64,000 nucleotides of DNA from Hormoscilla sp. (GTDB taxonomy: Bacteria > Cyanobacteriota > Cyanobacteriia > Cyanobacteriales > Desertifilaceae). The first letter of the stretch is position 1; every line of letters starts with the position of its first letter. Location: positions 1-64,000 of the forward strand of contig JBFRWI010000070.1 of the NCBI GenBank assembly GCA_051439505.1. The letters run 5' to 3'. Under the pieces are notes generated by a model, which worked only from the letters and a program-made list of their open reading frames with translations, was not told where the DNA came from and searched no databases. The translations under genes were made by a program, and so were the position numbers. This document shows, in pieces, positions 30,370 through 41,667 of this stretch.

Positions 30370-30762
30370 ATGGATTGTATTCACGTGACAGGCATTCGCT
30401 GCTATGGTTACACCGGTCTATTGCCAGAAGAGCAGGTGCTGGGACAATGGTTTGAGGTAGACTTGACCTTATGGCTGGATTTGTTGCCAGCTGGCGAAAG
30501 TGACGCGATCGCAGATACGATAGATTACGGCAAAGCAGTGCAGACGGTACAGCAGTTGGTGAAAACATCCAAGTTTGCTTTGATAGAACGGTTGGCAAAG
30601 GCGATCGCAGATGCTATCCTAGAAATGGAGGAACATTCGTCCAACCAGAGCCGTCTACAGCAAGTGAAAGTCCACTTAACCAAAGTATCACCCCCGATAC
30701 CGGACTTTGGCGGTCACGTCAGTATTGAACTGACAAGGGTAAATCCGAAATTTTCTCTTTAG
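30370..30762 (+). CDS. folB: Dihydroneopterin aldolase
   Basis: YGYTGLLPEEQVLGQWFEVD, TIDYG, LIERLA, LTKVSPPI. Confidence 0.94.
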   Translation: MDCIHVTGIRCYGYTGLLPEEQVLGQWFEVDLTLWLDLLPAGESDAIADTIDYGKAVQTVQQLVKTSKFALIERLAKAIADAILEMEEHSSNQSRLQQVKVHLTKVSPPIPDFGGHVSIELTRVNPKFSL

Positions 30763-30996
30763 TGCCAAAGGCTTGGCTACAAGGGAGATTGCACCTTCTC
30801 CGGTCTGCCGGATGGTGAGAAAAGCCCCAAGCGATAGTACGGTTGCACCCACTTGGCGGGAAAAGTTGAGCTGTTAGATTAAATGTACGCACATAACCAC
30901 CCTCTTCGGTGCAGCCGTAACTAGCATAGATAACCAAGGGCGGCTTCAACCAGAACGGTAGGAGACCGCCGCCGCAAAAATGTATGAGGTACTAAG

Positions 30997-31347
30997 ATGA
31001 ACAACCCATCCGATCGCAACCCAGAATTATTTGACAGCGACGCCGAGCCCAACAACAATAACATACTATGGCAGTATGTCCAGTCTCTCAGTCCAGAAAC
31101 GGTGGCGCAACTGTCAAAACCGACATCTCAAGAAGTTTTCCAGGTGATGGAGCACAATATTGTCGGCTTACTAGGCCACTTGCCTTCAGAACACTTCGGT
31201 GTTACAGTGACTACAAATCGTGAAAACCTAGGTAGATTATTAGCTTCGGCGATGATGAGTGGGTACTTTCTGCGTAATGCGGAGCAGCGCCTGACTTTTG
31301 AAAAGTCTTTGCAAATGGCCCCGACTAATAATCCTGAGAATGAATAG
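30997..31347 (+). CDS. DUF760 family protein
   Basis: LWQYVQSLSPETVAQLSKP..LLASAMMSGYFLRNAEQR. Confidence 0.88.
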   Translation: MNNPSDRNPELFDSDAEPNNNNILWQYVQSLSPETVAQLSKPTSQEVFQVMEHNIVGLLGHLPSEHFGVTVTTNRENLGRLLASAMMSGYFLRNAEQRLTFEKSLQMAPTNNPENE

Positions 31348-31478
31348 GTAGCCAGTTGTCAAACTCGCCGAGGTAGAGTCTCGGCAGACTACACTAAAGT
31401 CTGCCGACTTTATCGTTTGTAGGTTGTTAGTGGTCAGCGGTCAGTTGTAAGTTGTTAATTGGGAATTGGGAATTGTTA

Positions 31479-31901
31479 ATGGGTGAGACTTCTTCTTCTT
31501 TGCCTCATAAGTCGATCGGGGTTGCTGCGATCTGGAACGCAGATGGACAAATTCTGATTGACCGACGACGCCAGTCAGGAACCATGGGAGGTCTTTGGGA
31601 GTTCCCAGGTGGTAAACTGGAGGCGGGTGAAACATTCCCAGAATGCATTAAGCGAGAAATATTAGAAGAGTTGGCAATTGAAATTGAAGTGGGCGATCGC
31701 CTAATTACTATCGACCACAGTTACAGCGACTTCCGCGTCACCCTAAATGTATATCACTGTCGCCACATTAGCGGGGTTCCTCAGACGATCGAATGCGATG
31801 AAGTTCGTTGGGTAACCTTAGATGAAATTGACCAGTTTACCTTTCCCGAAGCAAATTTACAGATTATCGATGCCCTACGAAAATATGTGAAGGACAGGTA
31901 A
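31479..31901 (+). CDS. mutT: 8-oxo-dGTP diphosphatase (Nudix)
   Basis: GLWEFPGGKLEAGET...CIKREILEEL Nudix box; FPEAN. Confidence 0.88.
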   Translation: MGETSSSLPHKSIGVAAIWNADGQILIDRRRQSGTMGGLWEFPGGKLEAGETFPECIKREILEELAIEIEVGDRLITIDHSYSDFRVTLNVYHCRHISGVPQTIECDEVRWVTLDEIDQFTFPEANLQIIDALRKYVKDR

Positions 31902-31972
31902 AATGGAGAATTGAGTAATTGTTAATGGAGAAGGTAATTAGCAACAAAAAATGAATCCTAACAGCGATCGCC

Positions 31973-33349
31973 CTAATAATAGTCCGAGTGCCAAAACTTG
32001 AAAATCAGGCGATCGCGCCCTTGCTTTTTAGCTTCATAAAGCGCCGCATCAGTAATAGCAATTAGGGCTGAAGGCGAAACTGAATTAGTCGGGATTGTGC
32101 TGGAAACTCCCATGCTCACAGTGACAGATTTACTTACTTTTGATTGCTCATGGGGAATGTTGAGCCATTCCAGTTCTATCTTAATAGCTTCAGCGATGTG
32201 GACAGCCCCCTTAATACTGGTATTGGGCATAATTACGGCAAACTCTTCTCCACCATAGCGGGCGACTAAATAAGCTGGATTCTTGACTGCGGAGCTAATT
32301 GCTTGGGCAATTTTCCGTAAACAATCATCTCCCGCTTGATGACCATAGGTATCATTGTAGCGTTTAAAATAATCCACATCGCACAGAATTAAAGATAGGG
32401 GCAAACCATCCCTTGCTAGCTTCTCCCACTGTTGGCTTAAATATGAGTCAAATTGACGGCGATTAGCTACCTGGGTTAAGCCATCTAAAGTGGCGTGGCG
32501 ATGCAACTCTTGCATCGCTTTTTCTAGCTCAACAGTTCGCTCTGCCACTTTCATCTCCAGAGTGTGAGAATAGTCTTTGAGTTGTTCGTATAGCAGCGCA
32601 TTTTTGATAGCCGCCGCTGCTTGTGTTGTCAGCGCCGCGAACATTTTCAAGTCCTCTGCTGTATAATTGACGGGGTAGGTATTGCTGATTTTCATTACGC
32701 CAATGGTTTCGTTCCCGATTGTCAAAGGCGTACAAATCAGCGAACTGATCTCATTTTCTTCCTCCTGAATATATCTGGAGTCTGACAGCACGTCATTTAC
32801 TATTTCTGCTTTTCCCGAAGCTAGCACGTGGCCAGCTATCCCCTCACCCGATCGCATCACTGTTTTCTCTTTGGGATCTGCTCCCGGTGCCGCGATCGCC
32901 TCCAGGGCCCCTGTTTTCTCATTCAGTAACATGACAGACACGTGGGTGGCATTAATCAGTTTCTTCGTTTCCAAAATTACCAATTCCGTCACTGACTGAA
33001 TGCCCTGACAAGTAGCTATTAAGCTGGAAAAATCGTACAAAAAATTAATCTCTTCATACTTACTTAAGGTCTCCTGAGCCAAAGACTTTTTCTCTAGCTC
33101 GGTTTTGGCAATATAACTGAGCATCTCGGCCAGAAAAACTGCCCGATCGGATCCTATTACCCAACCAATTACTTCCGATGCTGCGGCGATCGGATACTTC
33201 GGCGAGACCAACTGACTGTCCGAACCGACCAGAATCACACCCTTGGCATCCTGAATAGTGATGATCTCATCTAAAGCAGCGATCGCACCGGAGACCACTG
33301 ACGCTACATCCTTTTTGGAAATCAGCTTCTTGAGATTTATTTTAACCAT
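31973..33349 (-). CDS. GAF-GGDEF diguanylate cyclase
   Basis: DGLTQVANRR, DVDYFKRYNDTYGHQAGD, RYGGEEF, ALYEAK. Confidence 0.93.
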   Translation of the reverse strand: MVKINLKKLISKKDVASVVSGAIAALDEIITIQDAKGVILVGSDSQLVSPKYPIAAASEVIGWVIGSDRAVFLAEMLSYIAKTELEKKSLAQETLSKYEEINFLYDFSSLIATCQGIQSVTELVILETKKLINATHVSVMLLNEKTGALEAIAAPGADPKEKTVMRSGEGIAGHVLASGKAEIVNDVLSDSRYIQEEENEISSLICTPLTIGNETIGVMKISNTYPVNYTAEDLKMFAALTTQAAAAIKNALLYEQLKDYSHTLEMKVAERTVELEKAMQELHRHATLDGLTQVANRRQFDSYLSQQWEKLARDGLPLSLILCDVDYFKRYNDTYGHQAGDDCLRKIAQAISSAVKNPAYLVARYGGEEFAVIMPNTSIKGAVHIAEAIKIELEWLNIPHEQSKVSKSVTVSMGVSSTIPTNSVSPSALIAITDAALYEAKKQGRDRLIFKFWHSDYY

Positions 33350-33678
33350 ATACTTGTTTATCTATTAATCAAATACTCTACACCCCCTCGGGCGCAATTA
33401 CACCAGCGGCGACGTCAGTTGTCCGTTGTCAGTCAGCACCGTCGGCTATAGCAGGTGATTGGAGTCTGAGAGCAAAAATACTTAGAAACTGCTCTGGACA
33501 TGCTCCCTCGGTATCGGCGACAAACACTGGTTGATTTTGAGATCGTACAAGATTTTCGTATAAATAAATACGTATTTTTAGGGCAATTAAGTCTTTATAG
33601 TATAAGCAAAATCGCCTGTAATCTATATCAAGTGATAATTACAGGCGTAAATCTATTTTGATTTGTTACTTTACGACT

Positions 33679-33788
33679 CTACCGCAGCGCGGCGGAAATA
33701 ATGCACCAGCCGGAAGTGGCTCAAAGCCTTGCTCCCAAAGCATTTTGAATTCTGTATTTTGAATTTTGAATTCCGCGCAGCGGCACTA
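33679..33788. repeat. Dispersed element with imperfect inverted ends (TACCGCAGCGCGGCGGAA ... TTCCGCGCAGCGGCA) and internal TTTTGAA heptamers
   Basis: Inverted termini and heptamer run seen directly. Confidence 0.6.
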
Positions 33789-33844
33789 CTCACCTGGTGC
33801 AGCAAGAACTAAAGTTCTTACTACGAACTCTATGTCTAGCTTAA

Positions 33845-34234
33845 TCAGCCGTTGGCTAAACCAAGTACCTCCCGAGACTTTTTCAACACTTCTTTGGGGC
33901 GAAAGGGCTTGGTCATGTACAGGTCGGCCCCCACAGCCATGCCACTTTGCTTGTCAAACTCTTGCCCTTTGGCGGTCAACATGATGATGTACACATCCTC
34001 CATCCCCAGTTCCTGCTTGACAGTTTGACAAACCTCTAAGCCATTCATTTTCGGCATCATCACATCCAGAAAAACTAAATTAGGCTTTTGGGACTTAATT
34101 ATTTCCAGTGCCTCAATGCCATTTTTGGCCGTCAGTAACTCCACGTCATCCTCATCTTCTAGCTTTTCCAGAGCTTGCTCCATGAGAATCAGAATGTTGG
34201 GTTCGTCATCGACAATTAATACTTTTTGCGTCAT
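33845..34234 (-). CDS. Single-domain response regulator
   Basis: VLIVDDE, FLDVMMP, LTAKGQ, YMTKPF. Confidence 0.94.
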   Translation of the reverse strand: MTQKVLIVDDEPNILILMEQALEKLEDEDDVELLTAKNGIEALEIIKSQKPNLVFLDVMMPKMNGLEVCQTVKQELGMEDVYIIMLTAKGQEFDKQSGMAVGADLYMTKPFRPKEVLKKSREVLGLANG

Positions 34235-34294
34235 GATCCGAGATTCCTTTGTTATTTGTTAATGGTCAAATGAATAATTCTCAATGAACAATTT

Positions 34295-37200
34295 TCAATG
34301 TTCGCATACTTCTGCTTCTCCGAGGAAAATCAAGCATACATCTTCCAAACCCTTGGTAAATCGCAAGGTTTTGACCAGATCGTATTCCTGGGATAACAGG
34401 GCGTCAATAATAATCATATCAGGCTTGATTGATAAAGCTTTTTCGATGCCTTCGGAACCCGAGGATGCCTCCAGCACCCGATAGCCTTGCACTTGCAAGG
34501 TATCAGACATGGTTCTCAGGGTTGAGGCATTCCGATCGACCACCAAAACTGTCTTATTGGATACCCCTTGCTGGAGCAGTAGGTTAATTTCTTTTAACAG
34601 TCCGGGGCGATCGATGGGCTTGGTCAAGTACCGGTCCACCCCGACCCGATAACCCCGATCGCGGTCCTGGACCAGAGAGAGAATGATAATGGGGATATCC
34701 ATAGTCTCGGGGTCATGTTTCAGCACGGCGGCGACGTCAAAACCATTGATCTTGGGCATCATCACGTCCAGGATTACCAGATCCGGTTTGATGGCTTTCG
34801 CCTGGGCAATGGCTTCGATACCATCAGATGCTTCTATGACGGAGTGCCCTTGATCTTCTAGTGACTGTCGTAGCAGTTCCCGGATCGAAGGCTCGTCGTC
34901 AACCACCAGAATAATTTTCCGATCGCGATCGCTTGTCGGGGTGGAGGTGGCCACCTGCTGTTTTAATTGCCGAACTAGGAGATCGACATTTAATTGGTCG
35001 GACCCATTACTCTCATCATTATCGGTATTTATGGGGATGGTAAAGGAGAAGGTACTGCCCTTTCCGAGTTCGCTTTCTACCCAGATCCTGCCTCCGTGAT
35101 ATTCGACAATCTGTTGACAAATAGCTAACCCCAAGCCAGTTCCTTTGGGCTTATCTGTCATAATATCTCCCACTTGCTTAAATCGCTCAAAGACTTTGTC
35201 TCGATCCTCCGGTGCGATGCCAATGCCTGTATCCTCTATACTGAACACGAGCGCCTTATTCTCTACTCTGGCCCGACAGGCGATCGACCCTGCATCTGTG
35301 AACTTGACCGCATTGGAGATCAGATTGATGATTACTTGAATCAGGCGATCGCGGTCCACTGCCACCAATGGCAGTACCCCAGGAAAATCTTTGATTAACT
35401 GCAAATTATTCTGTTCAAACAGGGAGCTGGTGGCGGCGATCGCCCGTTCCAGAATCAGCACCGGGTTGGTGGGTTCTACGTTCCACTCCACCCGACCTGC
35501 TTCCATCTTGGCAATATCTAAAACATCATTGATCAGGGCTGTCAGTCGCTCGGCTTCATCAACAATAATGTTGATGTTTGCCGCTACCCTCTTCATGGCT
35601 TTTTGTGCTTTGCGGTTGTCCGTCGGAATTGCCGGAATAATCACCTCTTCGAGTTTTTCCTTAATGATCGATGCAAAGCCCAGCACTGAGGTTAAGGGTG
35701 TCCGCAGTTCGTGGGAGACAGTTGCCAGAAAGTCCGTTTTCATCCTGTCTACCTCTCGTTCCACAGTCACGTCTCGGATCAAAATTACCGAACCGAGACA
35801 TTGCTCTCCTTCATCCCCGGACGCCTCTTTGATAATACTCGTGGCTAGGGCCTGACCTGTCCGATCGTTCTCCAATTCTACCTCGGCAGTGACTACCTCC
35901 TGCCCCTCGGGCTTACTTTGCCCTATTAATGCTGCTAATTCCGGCGGGAAATGTGCTGACATTTTTTGCCCCTTGAGATTAACATCTTCTAAGTTAAACA
36001 TCGCCTTCAGGGCCCGGTTAAACCGCGTAATTATGCCCTGAGTATCCGTAACTAACAGCCCATCTGCCAAGTTGTCCACGATCGCGCTCATGTCAGCCAG
36101 AGTTGTCCGCAGTTCTGTAGACTGTATTTTCGTCTGGTCTAGTAATTGGGCTTGATTTAACCCCACGCCTAACTGGTTGCCAATTTGAGCCAGCAGGGCG
36201 ACCTCTGTATCTTCCCAGTGACGCGGACCTGAATGCTGGTAGGCACCGAGTAAACCCCAAAGCTTGTCGCCAACGAAAACTGGCACCACACAATAGGCTC
36301 TCACTTGAAATTGCTCTAGAATTTCAATGTGACATTCCGAGTGACCAACCTGGTAGATGTCATCAACCCTAAAGGTTTCGTGGTTGGCATACCTGCCTCC
36401 CTGGGTTTCTTGTAAATAGGTATCGGGCCATACTCTTTTGATATCATCCCCCACTAATCGCGGCCAGCCTGGGGCAACAGAATCGGACATAAATTCCCCA
36501 TCCCAGTTGGCAAAGAACCGATATACTACTACCCGATCGCACTTGAGGATTTGCCGCACTTCCTGGGTCGTAGCTGTGAAGATATCCTCTATATCCAGGG
36601 TCTGGCGAATGCGTTCGATCACCCGGGCCAAAGCTCGCTCTTGGGCTGCCAGTTGGGCTTGGTGTTCTTTTTGGGCTTCAACTTGCTTCAGGGCAATTTG
36701 CAGTTCCGCTGACCGCTTTTGAGCCCGATCGAGTAATTCCGCTTGTTGCAAGGCCACCCCTAGATGAACGGCAATTTTGCTGACAAACTCAATTTCCGCC
36801 TCCTGCCATTGACGCGGTCCCGAACATTGGTGAATGCACAGCAGGCCCCACAGTTCATCGCCTTTTAATAACGGCACAACTAGGTTGGCTCTGACAGCGA
36901 AGCGATCGAGTATGGCAATATGGCAATCTGGCAACTCCTGGGCATAGATATCATTAGCCGCCCAAATCCGACCCTGCTGATAATATTGTGCGTGCTTCTC
37001 GCCAAAACAATGGTCCTTTACTTTTACCGCTAGGGCTGATGGAAAAGGTGGCAGCACGTCCTCGGAGACCAATTCCCCAGACTTGCAACCAGATTCATAG
37101 TCAAAGCGAAACATTCCCACTCGGTCTGTCTGTAGCAGTTTACGCACTTCCGTCGCTGTGGTCTGGAAAATGGTTTCCAGGTCTAAGGTGCGGCGAATCT

Positions 37201-38599
37201 TCTCGATCACCTCTGCTAAAGCTCTCTCCCGCCGAGCTTCTCTGGCTAACTCTTCTGCTCGTTGTCGCAATTGAGCTGTCAGAGCCGTTTCCAGTTCCTC
37301 TTTGCGCTGCTCTGTCTGGGCTAGTAATTCCGCTTGTCTGACTGCTACTCCCAACTGAGCGCTAATTTGCACTAGGAAGTTTACCTCGACTTCTTCCCAA
37401 TGGCGGGGTCCGGAATTTTGAAAAGCTGCTAGCAGTCCCCAGAGCTTTTGACCTTGGTAAATTGCTACAATGGCATAAGCTCTTCCTTTATAACTTTCTA
37501 GGGCCTGAATGTAGCAGGGAGAAAAGCCTGCGGAGTAAATATCATCGCAGACCCGGAACACCTCACCCCGACTAAAGGCACCTCCTTCCGTCTCTTGCAA
37601 GTAGGTATCTGCTATGGGAGAGTTTGCCAAATTTTTCAGGCTACATTCGCTGATGTTCTGGCACAGTTCTGGATGTTCCAACTGCTCCTGCATGAGGGAA
37701 GTCCAGCCCTCAGCCACTGAGTCCACGACAAATTCACCACTCCAGTCTGGATGAAAGCGATAGATCGCCACCCTTGAGGTTTTCAGCAGTTGCCTAACTT
37801 CTTCTACCGTCGTCCTGAAAATGTTATTGATATCGAGAGACCTGCGAATTTTATCAATGATGGTGGCGACTGCTTTTTCCCGTTCTACTGCTTGGGCCAC
37901 TGCTATTGCCAGTTCCTCTGCATGTCTCTGTTGCCGCGCTAAAGCCTCGGCCTGCTGTACGGCCACCCCCAAATGACTGGCAATTTGGCCGACAAACTCT
38001 ATTTCTTTCTCTTGCCATTTGCGGGGCCCCGAACATTGGTGAACCGTCAGCAACCCCCAAAGTGTATCTCCTTTGAGTAGGGGCATAACTAGGTTGGCCC
38101 GAAATCCCAACTGTGCTAGGATTGACTTCATGCAATCAAGCAATTCTATTTCATCGAAGTCGTCTACTACCCAACATTTACCCCGCTGATAATAGATGCC
38201 GTACTCTCCGGCAAAACAGCGATCGCGGATCTTCAGCCCCATAATTGAGTTATAAGGGGGTCGCACGTCCTCGGAGACAAATTCACCTTCTTCCCAGCTT
38301 GAGTCAGGATCGAACCGATATATTCCGACCCGATCGGCCTCCAGAAGTTGGCGCACCTCACTGGCTGTTGATTTAAATATCGTATCTAGATCCAGGGACT
38401 CGCGAATTTTGGTTATGACCGCGAACAGGGCTTTTTGCTGGGCCAGTTCCAGACTTGGAGGCGATAACTCTGTCTCTAGATATATGACTCTTTTCTTTAG
38501 TTCTGATACTTCTTGCTGGAGCGACTCGTAAATGGAATTTTCTATGGTCAGATAATTGTCAGAGAACAGATAGGACAAAGCTCGCCTGATTTTTTTCAT
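34295..38599 (-). CDS. Cyanobacteriochrome hybrid histidine kinase (4 GAF, PAS, HisKA, HATPase, REC, degenerate REC)
   Basis: GAF motifs DRCF..DCM, insert-Cys ..[41 protein letters not shown]; two receivers. Confidence 0.93.
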   Translation of the reverse strand: MKKIRRALSYLFSDNYLTIENSIYESLQQEVSELKKRVIYLETELSPPSLELAQQKALFAVITKIRESLDLDTIFKSTASEVRQLLEADRVGIYRFDPDSSWEEGEFVSEDVRPPYNSIMGLKIRDRCFAGEYGIYYQRGKCWVVDDFDEIELLDCMKSILAQLGFRANLVMPLLKGDTLWGLLTVHQCSGPRKWQEKEIEFVGQIASHLGVAVQQAEALARQQRHAEELAIAVAQAVEREKAVATIIDKIRRSLDINNIFRTTVEEVRQLLKTSRVAIYRFHPDWSGEFVVDSVAEGWTSLMQEQLEHPELCQNISECSLKNLANSPIADTYLQETEGGAFSRGEVFRVCDDIYSAGFSPCYIQALESYKGRAYAIVAIYQGQKLWGLLAAFQNSGPRHWEEVEVNFLVQISAQLGVAVRQAELLAQTEQRKEELETALTAQLRQRAEELAREARRERALAEVIEKIRRTLDLETIFQTTATEVRKLLQTDRVGMFRFDYESGCKSGELVSEDVLPPFPSALAVKVKDHCFGEKHAQYYQQGRIWAANDIYAQELPDCHIAILDRFAVRANLVVPLLKGDELWGLLCIHQCSGPRQWQEAEIEFVSKIAVHLGVALQQAELLDRAQKRSAELQIALKQVEAQKEHQAQLAAQERALARVIERIRQTLDIEDIFTATTQEVRQILKCDRVVVYRFFANWDGEFMSDSVAPGWPRLVGDDIKRVWPDTYLQETQGGRYANHETFRVDDIYQVGHSECHIEILEQFQVRAYCVVPVFVGDKLWGLLGAYQHSGPRHWEDTEVALLAQIGNQLGVGLNQAQLLDQTKIQSTELRTTLADMSAIVDNLADGLLVTDTQGIITRFNRALKAMFNLEDVNLKGQKMSAHFPPELAALIGQSKPEGQEVVTAEVELENDRTGQALATSIIKEASGDEGEQCLGSVILIRDVTVEREVDRMKTDFLATVSHELRTPLTSVLGFASIIKEKLEEVIIPAIPTDNRKAQKAMKRVAANINIIVDEAERLTALINDVLDIAKMEAGRVEWNVEPTNPVLILERAIAATSSLFEQNNLQLIKDFPGVLPLVAVDRDRLIQVIINLISNAVKFTDAGSIACRARVENKALVFSIEDTGIGIAPEDRDKVFERFKQVGDIMTDKPKGTGLGLAICQQIVEYHGGRIWVESELGKGSTFSFTIPINTDNDESNGSDQLNVDLLVRQLKQQVATSTPTSDRDRKIILVVDDEPSIRELLRQSLEDQGHSVIEASDGIEAIAQAKAIKPDLVILDVMMPKINGFDVAAVLKHDPETMDIPIIILSLVQDRDRGYRVGVDRYLTKPIDRPGLLKEINLLLQQGVSNKTVLVVDRNASTLRTMSDTLQVQGYRVLEASSGSEGIEKALSIKPDMIIIDALLSQEYDLVKTLRFTKGLEDVCLIFLGEAEVCEH

Positions 38600-38882
38600 T
38601 TTTATGCTTATGGTAATTTTTTTGTTATTGCAATTCTCTCAAATCCTAACATATCCGCCTCATAGATGTCAATACACCTCCGCTCTGATGCGGTATATCT
38701 CAATACTTCGTAGGTTTTGCATATAGGTTGTCATTGCGAGGGGGGGTACGTAGCGGCATCGTCGGTGAGATTGCTTCGGGGGGGGGGATCCTGGTAGGGA
38801 TCGGAAGAGTCTCCTGGCCCGCCGGGGGTTAAAACCCCCGGCTAATAGCTTAAGTGGGTTAAAACCCACTGGAAACATTGTT

Positions 38883-39059
38883 TTGCTAAACTTTACTGAC
38901 AACCGCTTGGCACAAAAGGCTAGATATCGAGGCGAAATTTTCATATCCGATATGCCAGCAGATAGTTACGGTACAATATCGATAGACTTTTTCCAGCGCG
39001 ACAGATTGCAAAACAAAAAGGGTATTATCGCCATAGACTTACAGAGGTGGTCACCATGA
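38883..39059 (+). pseudogene. C-terminal fragment of a DUF6932-like toxin
   Basis: RLAQKARYRGEIF...FFQRDRLQNKKGIIAIDL; stop overlaps next ATG (ATGA); 5' part replaced by palindromic repeats. Confidence 0.6.
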
Positions 39060-39547
39060 TAAAAGACGAGAAGCAGTATGACTTTACCAAGGAGCAAGCG
39101 CATAAATTTGAGCTGACTATAGCGCAGTGGCATCAAGATGAAGAAAAGAAGAAAAAAGATCCAGACTATTGGCAAGTATATCACGATTATTTACAGGGTA
39201 TACTCGATACTTTGCGTGAAGAGATCGCCGAATATGAAATGCTCATAGCTCACGATCGCACAACACCATTGGTGCTGAAACTAGATGACCCGAACTATCT
39301 GCCGCAGATTCTGATTAAAGCCCGCATGGGTGCTAAAATGAGTCAAAAAGAACTGGCGGATTTATCGGGACTGACAGAAGAGCAAATTTGTGAATATGAA
39401 GCTAAAAATTATCACACGGCGAGCGTGCTTGACCTGTTTGCGGTTATCGATGCCCTGGACCTGAAAATCAAAACCTGTGAGTTTTTAGTGCCATTAGATA
39501 CTCTCAGGAGAGAAATCCCGTCAGGGGTTTTAACACCTGCGGGGTAA
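39056..39547 (+). CDS. XRE-family HTH protein (antitoxin-like)
   Basis: MIKDEKQY..T, LREEIAEYE, LIKARMGAKMSQKELADLSGL. Confidence 0.85.
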   Translation: MIKDEKQYDFTKEQAHKFELTIAQWHQDEEKKKKDPDYWQVYHDYLQGILDTLREEIAEYEMLIAHDRTTPLVLKLDDPNYLPQILIKARMGAKMSQKELADLSGLTEEQICEYEAKNYHTASVLDLFAVIDALDLKIKTCEFLVPLDTLRREIPSGVLTPAG

Positions 39548-39727
39548 CGAGACAAAAGATGCCTTTCACAACTGATTGGGAATTGCTGTTGAAAATTGTT
39601 AATTGTCAATGGTCAATTGATTTAGTTATAGCTGTTCGTGAATAGACAAATAACTAACTATTTTGCAATTGGCAATTTTCAAGCATTGACTGCTATCATC
39701 GGTAAAAATGTGCAACGCCGTAAATAA

Positions 39728-40501
39728 ATGATTTCTTCACTATTTCAGAGATCTTGGTGTAAAGATCTGTCTCTGCTTGCCACGGATATGGATGGCACCT
39801 TGACTGCTCAAGGCAAGTTTACCTCAACTTTGCTCCAATCCCTGGAAGAGTTAGCTGCGGTGGGGATAAAAGTGTTGATTGTTACAGGTCGATCGGCTGG
39901 GTGGGTTAGCGCTTTGACCTCTTACTTGCCTGTGGTGGGGGCGATCGCGGAAAATGGTGGTGTCTTCTACTCAGCCGATCGCCCAGCACCAGTAATGTTA
40001 ACGCCCATTCCTAACATAGCAGCTCACCGCCAGCAGTTAGCTGATACTTTTGAGCGACTCCAGGGGGTATTTCCCCAGATTAAGACATCAACTGATAACT
40101 ACTTTCGCCTCACGGACTGGACATTTGACGTAGAAGGACTGACATTAACCTCAATAGGTCACCTCCAACAAATTTGCGATGGACTGGGTTGGGGTTTCAC
40201 CTACAGTTCCGTCCACTGTCACATCAAACCTCAAGGACAGGACAAATCAGCTGGCCTGCTGAAAGTCTTGCACGACTATTTCCCGGATTATACATCAGAG
40301 CAAATTATCACCGTTGGTGATAGTCTCAACGACGAAAGCCTCTTCGACCCCCGACATTTCCCCCATTCTGTCGGCGTCGCTAATGTCCGAGACTATCTCG
40401 GCCAACTCTCCCACCAACCAGCCTATATCACAGATGCCCCAGAAGCACATGGCTTTTGCGAGTTAGCCCAACTGCTTGCTAAAGGGCGATCGCCTGCATA
40501 G
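39728..40501 (+). CDS. HAD-superfamily hydrolase (Cof/IIB type)
   Basis: TDMDGTL, VTGRS, AENG, VGDSLNDESL. Confidence 0.92.
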   Translation: MISSLFQRSWCKDLSLLATDMDGTLTAQGKFTSTLLQSLEELAAVGIKVLIVTGRSAGWVSALTSYLPVVGAIAENGGVFYSADRPAPVMLTPIPNIAAHRQQLADTFERLQGVFPQIKTSTDNYFRLTDWTFDVEGLTLTSIGHLQQICDGLGWGFTYSSVHCHIKPQGQDKSAGLLKVLHDYFPDYTSEQIITVGDSLNDESLFDPRHFPHSVGVANVRDYLGQLSHQPAYITDAPEAHGFCELAQLLAKGRSPA

Positions 40502-40643
40502 TAGTTCGTAGTCGTAGGTTGGGTTTCGTGCCTCAACCCAACCCGCGAGATGTTCTTAGCTTGGCGCTTGTTGGGTTTCAGTCAACCCAACCTACGAATG
40601 TCATGCATACCAGATGCACCCATTCGCCATTTATTTAACTAGC

Positions 40644-40997
40644 CTAGCTTGCAGATAGCAATACTTCTAACTCTTTGGGATGGTCGATGTTTTTTTGCAG
40701 TATTTCGCTAAAATAAACAACTTCGTAGTCTGGCCATAGTGAATCTCGCAACTGTAGCCACAGAGTCACTCCTTCTCGATTAAATGCTTCCCTTGCCTGT
40801 ATACTGGGAAACCCTGATGCTGCTGGATCTGACCAATTCAAAATCTCTTCATAGGCTTTTCTCCACTCATCCAAACGTTTAATTATCTCCTGACTTATTG
40901 GCAGGGTTGCTGGATTTATATCTCCCATCTCGTCAGGTTCCTCTACCCACAAGGGATAGCATCCATAATCTGTCATTAACCTGATTGTTTTTGGCAT
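40644..40997 (-). CDS. Putative immunity protein (CdiI-like)
   Basis: IRLMTDYGCYPLW..LPIS..DPAASGF; acidic; 20 bp downstream of a toxin-like ORF. Confidence 0.7.
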   Translation of the reverse strand: MPKTIRLMTDYGCYPLWVEEPDEMGDINPATLPISQEIIKRLDEWRKAYEEILNWSDPAASGFPSIQAREAFNREGVTLWLQLRDSLWPDYEVVYFSEILQKNIDHPKELEVLLSAS

Positions 40998-41017
40998 AAC
41001 TTCGGACTCGCTGATTA

Positions 41018-41413
41018 TTAGGGTTTGGTTCTCGGGTTTGCTCCAACAATATAGCCGTTATCCGAAACTGACACTGCTAGATATCTTGTCTCGCCTTTGA
41101 AGGTAAATTGATAAATGGCACGCGGTTTATCTTTGGTTCCTTGATAACCAACTATATCACCTTCACAGACTGCTGTCATCACTACCTCCGGAATCTCACT
41201 GAATTCTATCCCTTGCTTGGCAAACTGTGCTGCTTTGGCTAGAATATGTTTTAGACCGCAACTGGCATTCCCTTCTTCTAAAAACACGATTTTGTTATCG
41301 CGGGTTTTGCCAATTCTTACAATATTCTCAGGGGTATGTTTGATCCCAGCAAGCTGAAGTTCCGCAATAAGGGCGGATTTTTCGACATTATCTGCTTCAT
41401 TTTGTGATGTCAA
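41018..41413 (-). CDS. Free-standing polymorphic-toxin-like domain (CdiA-CT-like)
   Basis: IVFLEEGN...GLKHI, IVGYQG..PRAIY, AVSVSDNGYIVGANP; TTG start; extended -10 TGCTAAAAT at 41452-41460 (minus). Confidence 0.65.
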   Translation of the reverse strand: MTSQNEADNVEKSALIAELQLAGIKHTPENIVRIGKTRDNKIVFLEEGNASCGLKHILAKAAQFAKQGIEFSEIPEVVMTAVCEGDIVGYQGTKDKPRAIYQFTFKGETRYLAVSVSDNGYIVGANPRTKP

Positions 41414-41667
41414 TTGTTTGGTTACAGTTGCTAAAGTATTGGACTATGGATATTTTAGCATGTGCGACGGGCCTCCTCTCGCGCGCACCCTCGGTTTTCC
41501 CGGTTACTACCGGTCCCAGGGCGGGCGGCTATGGCCCTACACCCAACTCTAACTGGCACCGGTTGCGCCCTGGTCCCTCTTAACTTTTATCTGTCCGAAT
41601 GGCCTAAACGATCTTGAACCTTTGTCTTGGGTGGCCGGGAAGAATGAAACGGCCCTGGGAGCCTCTG

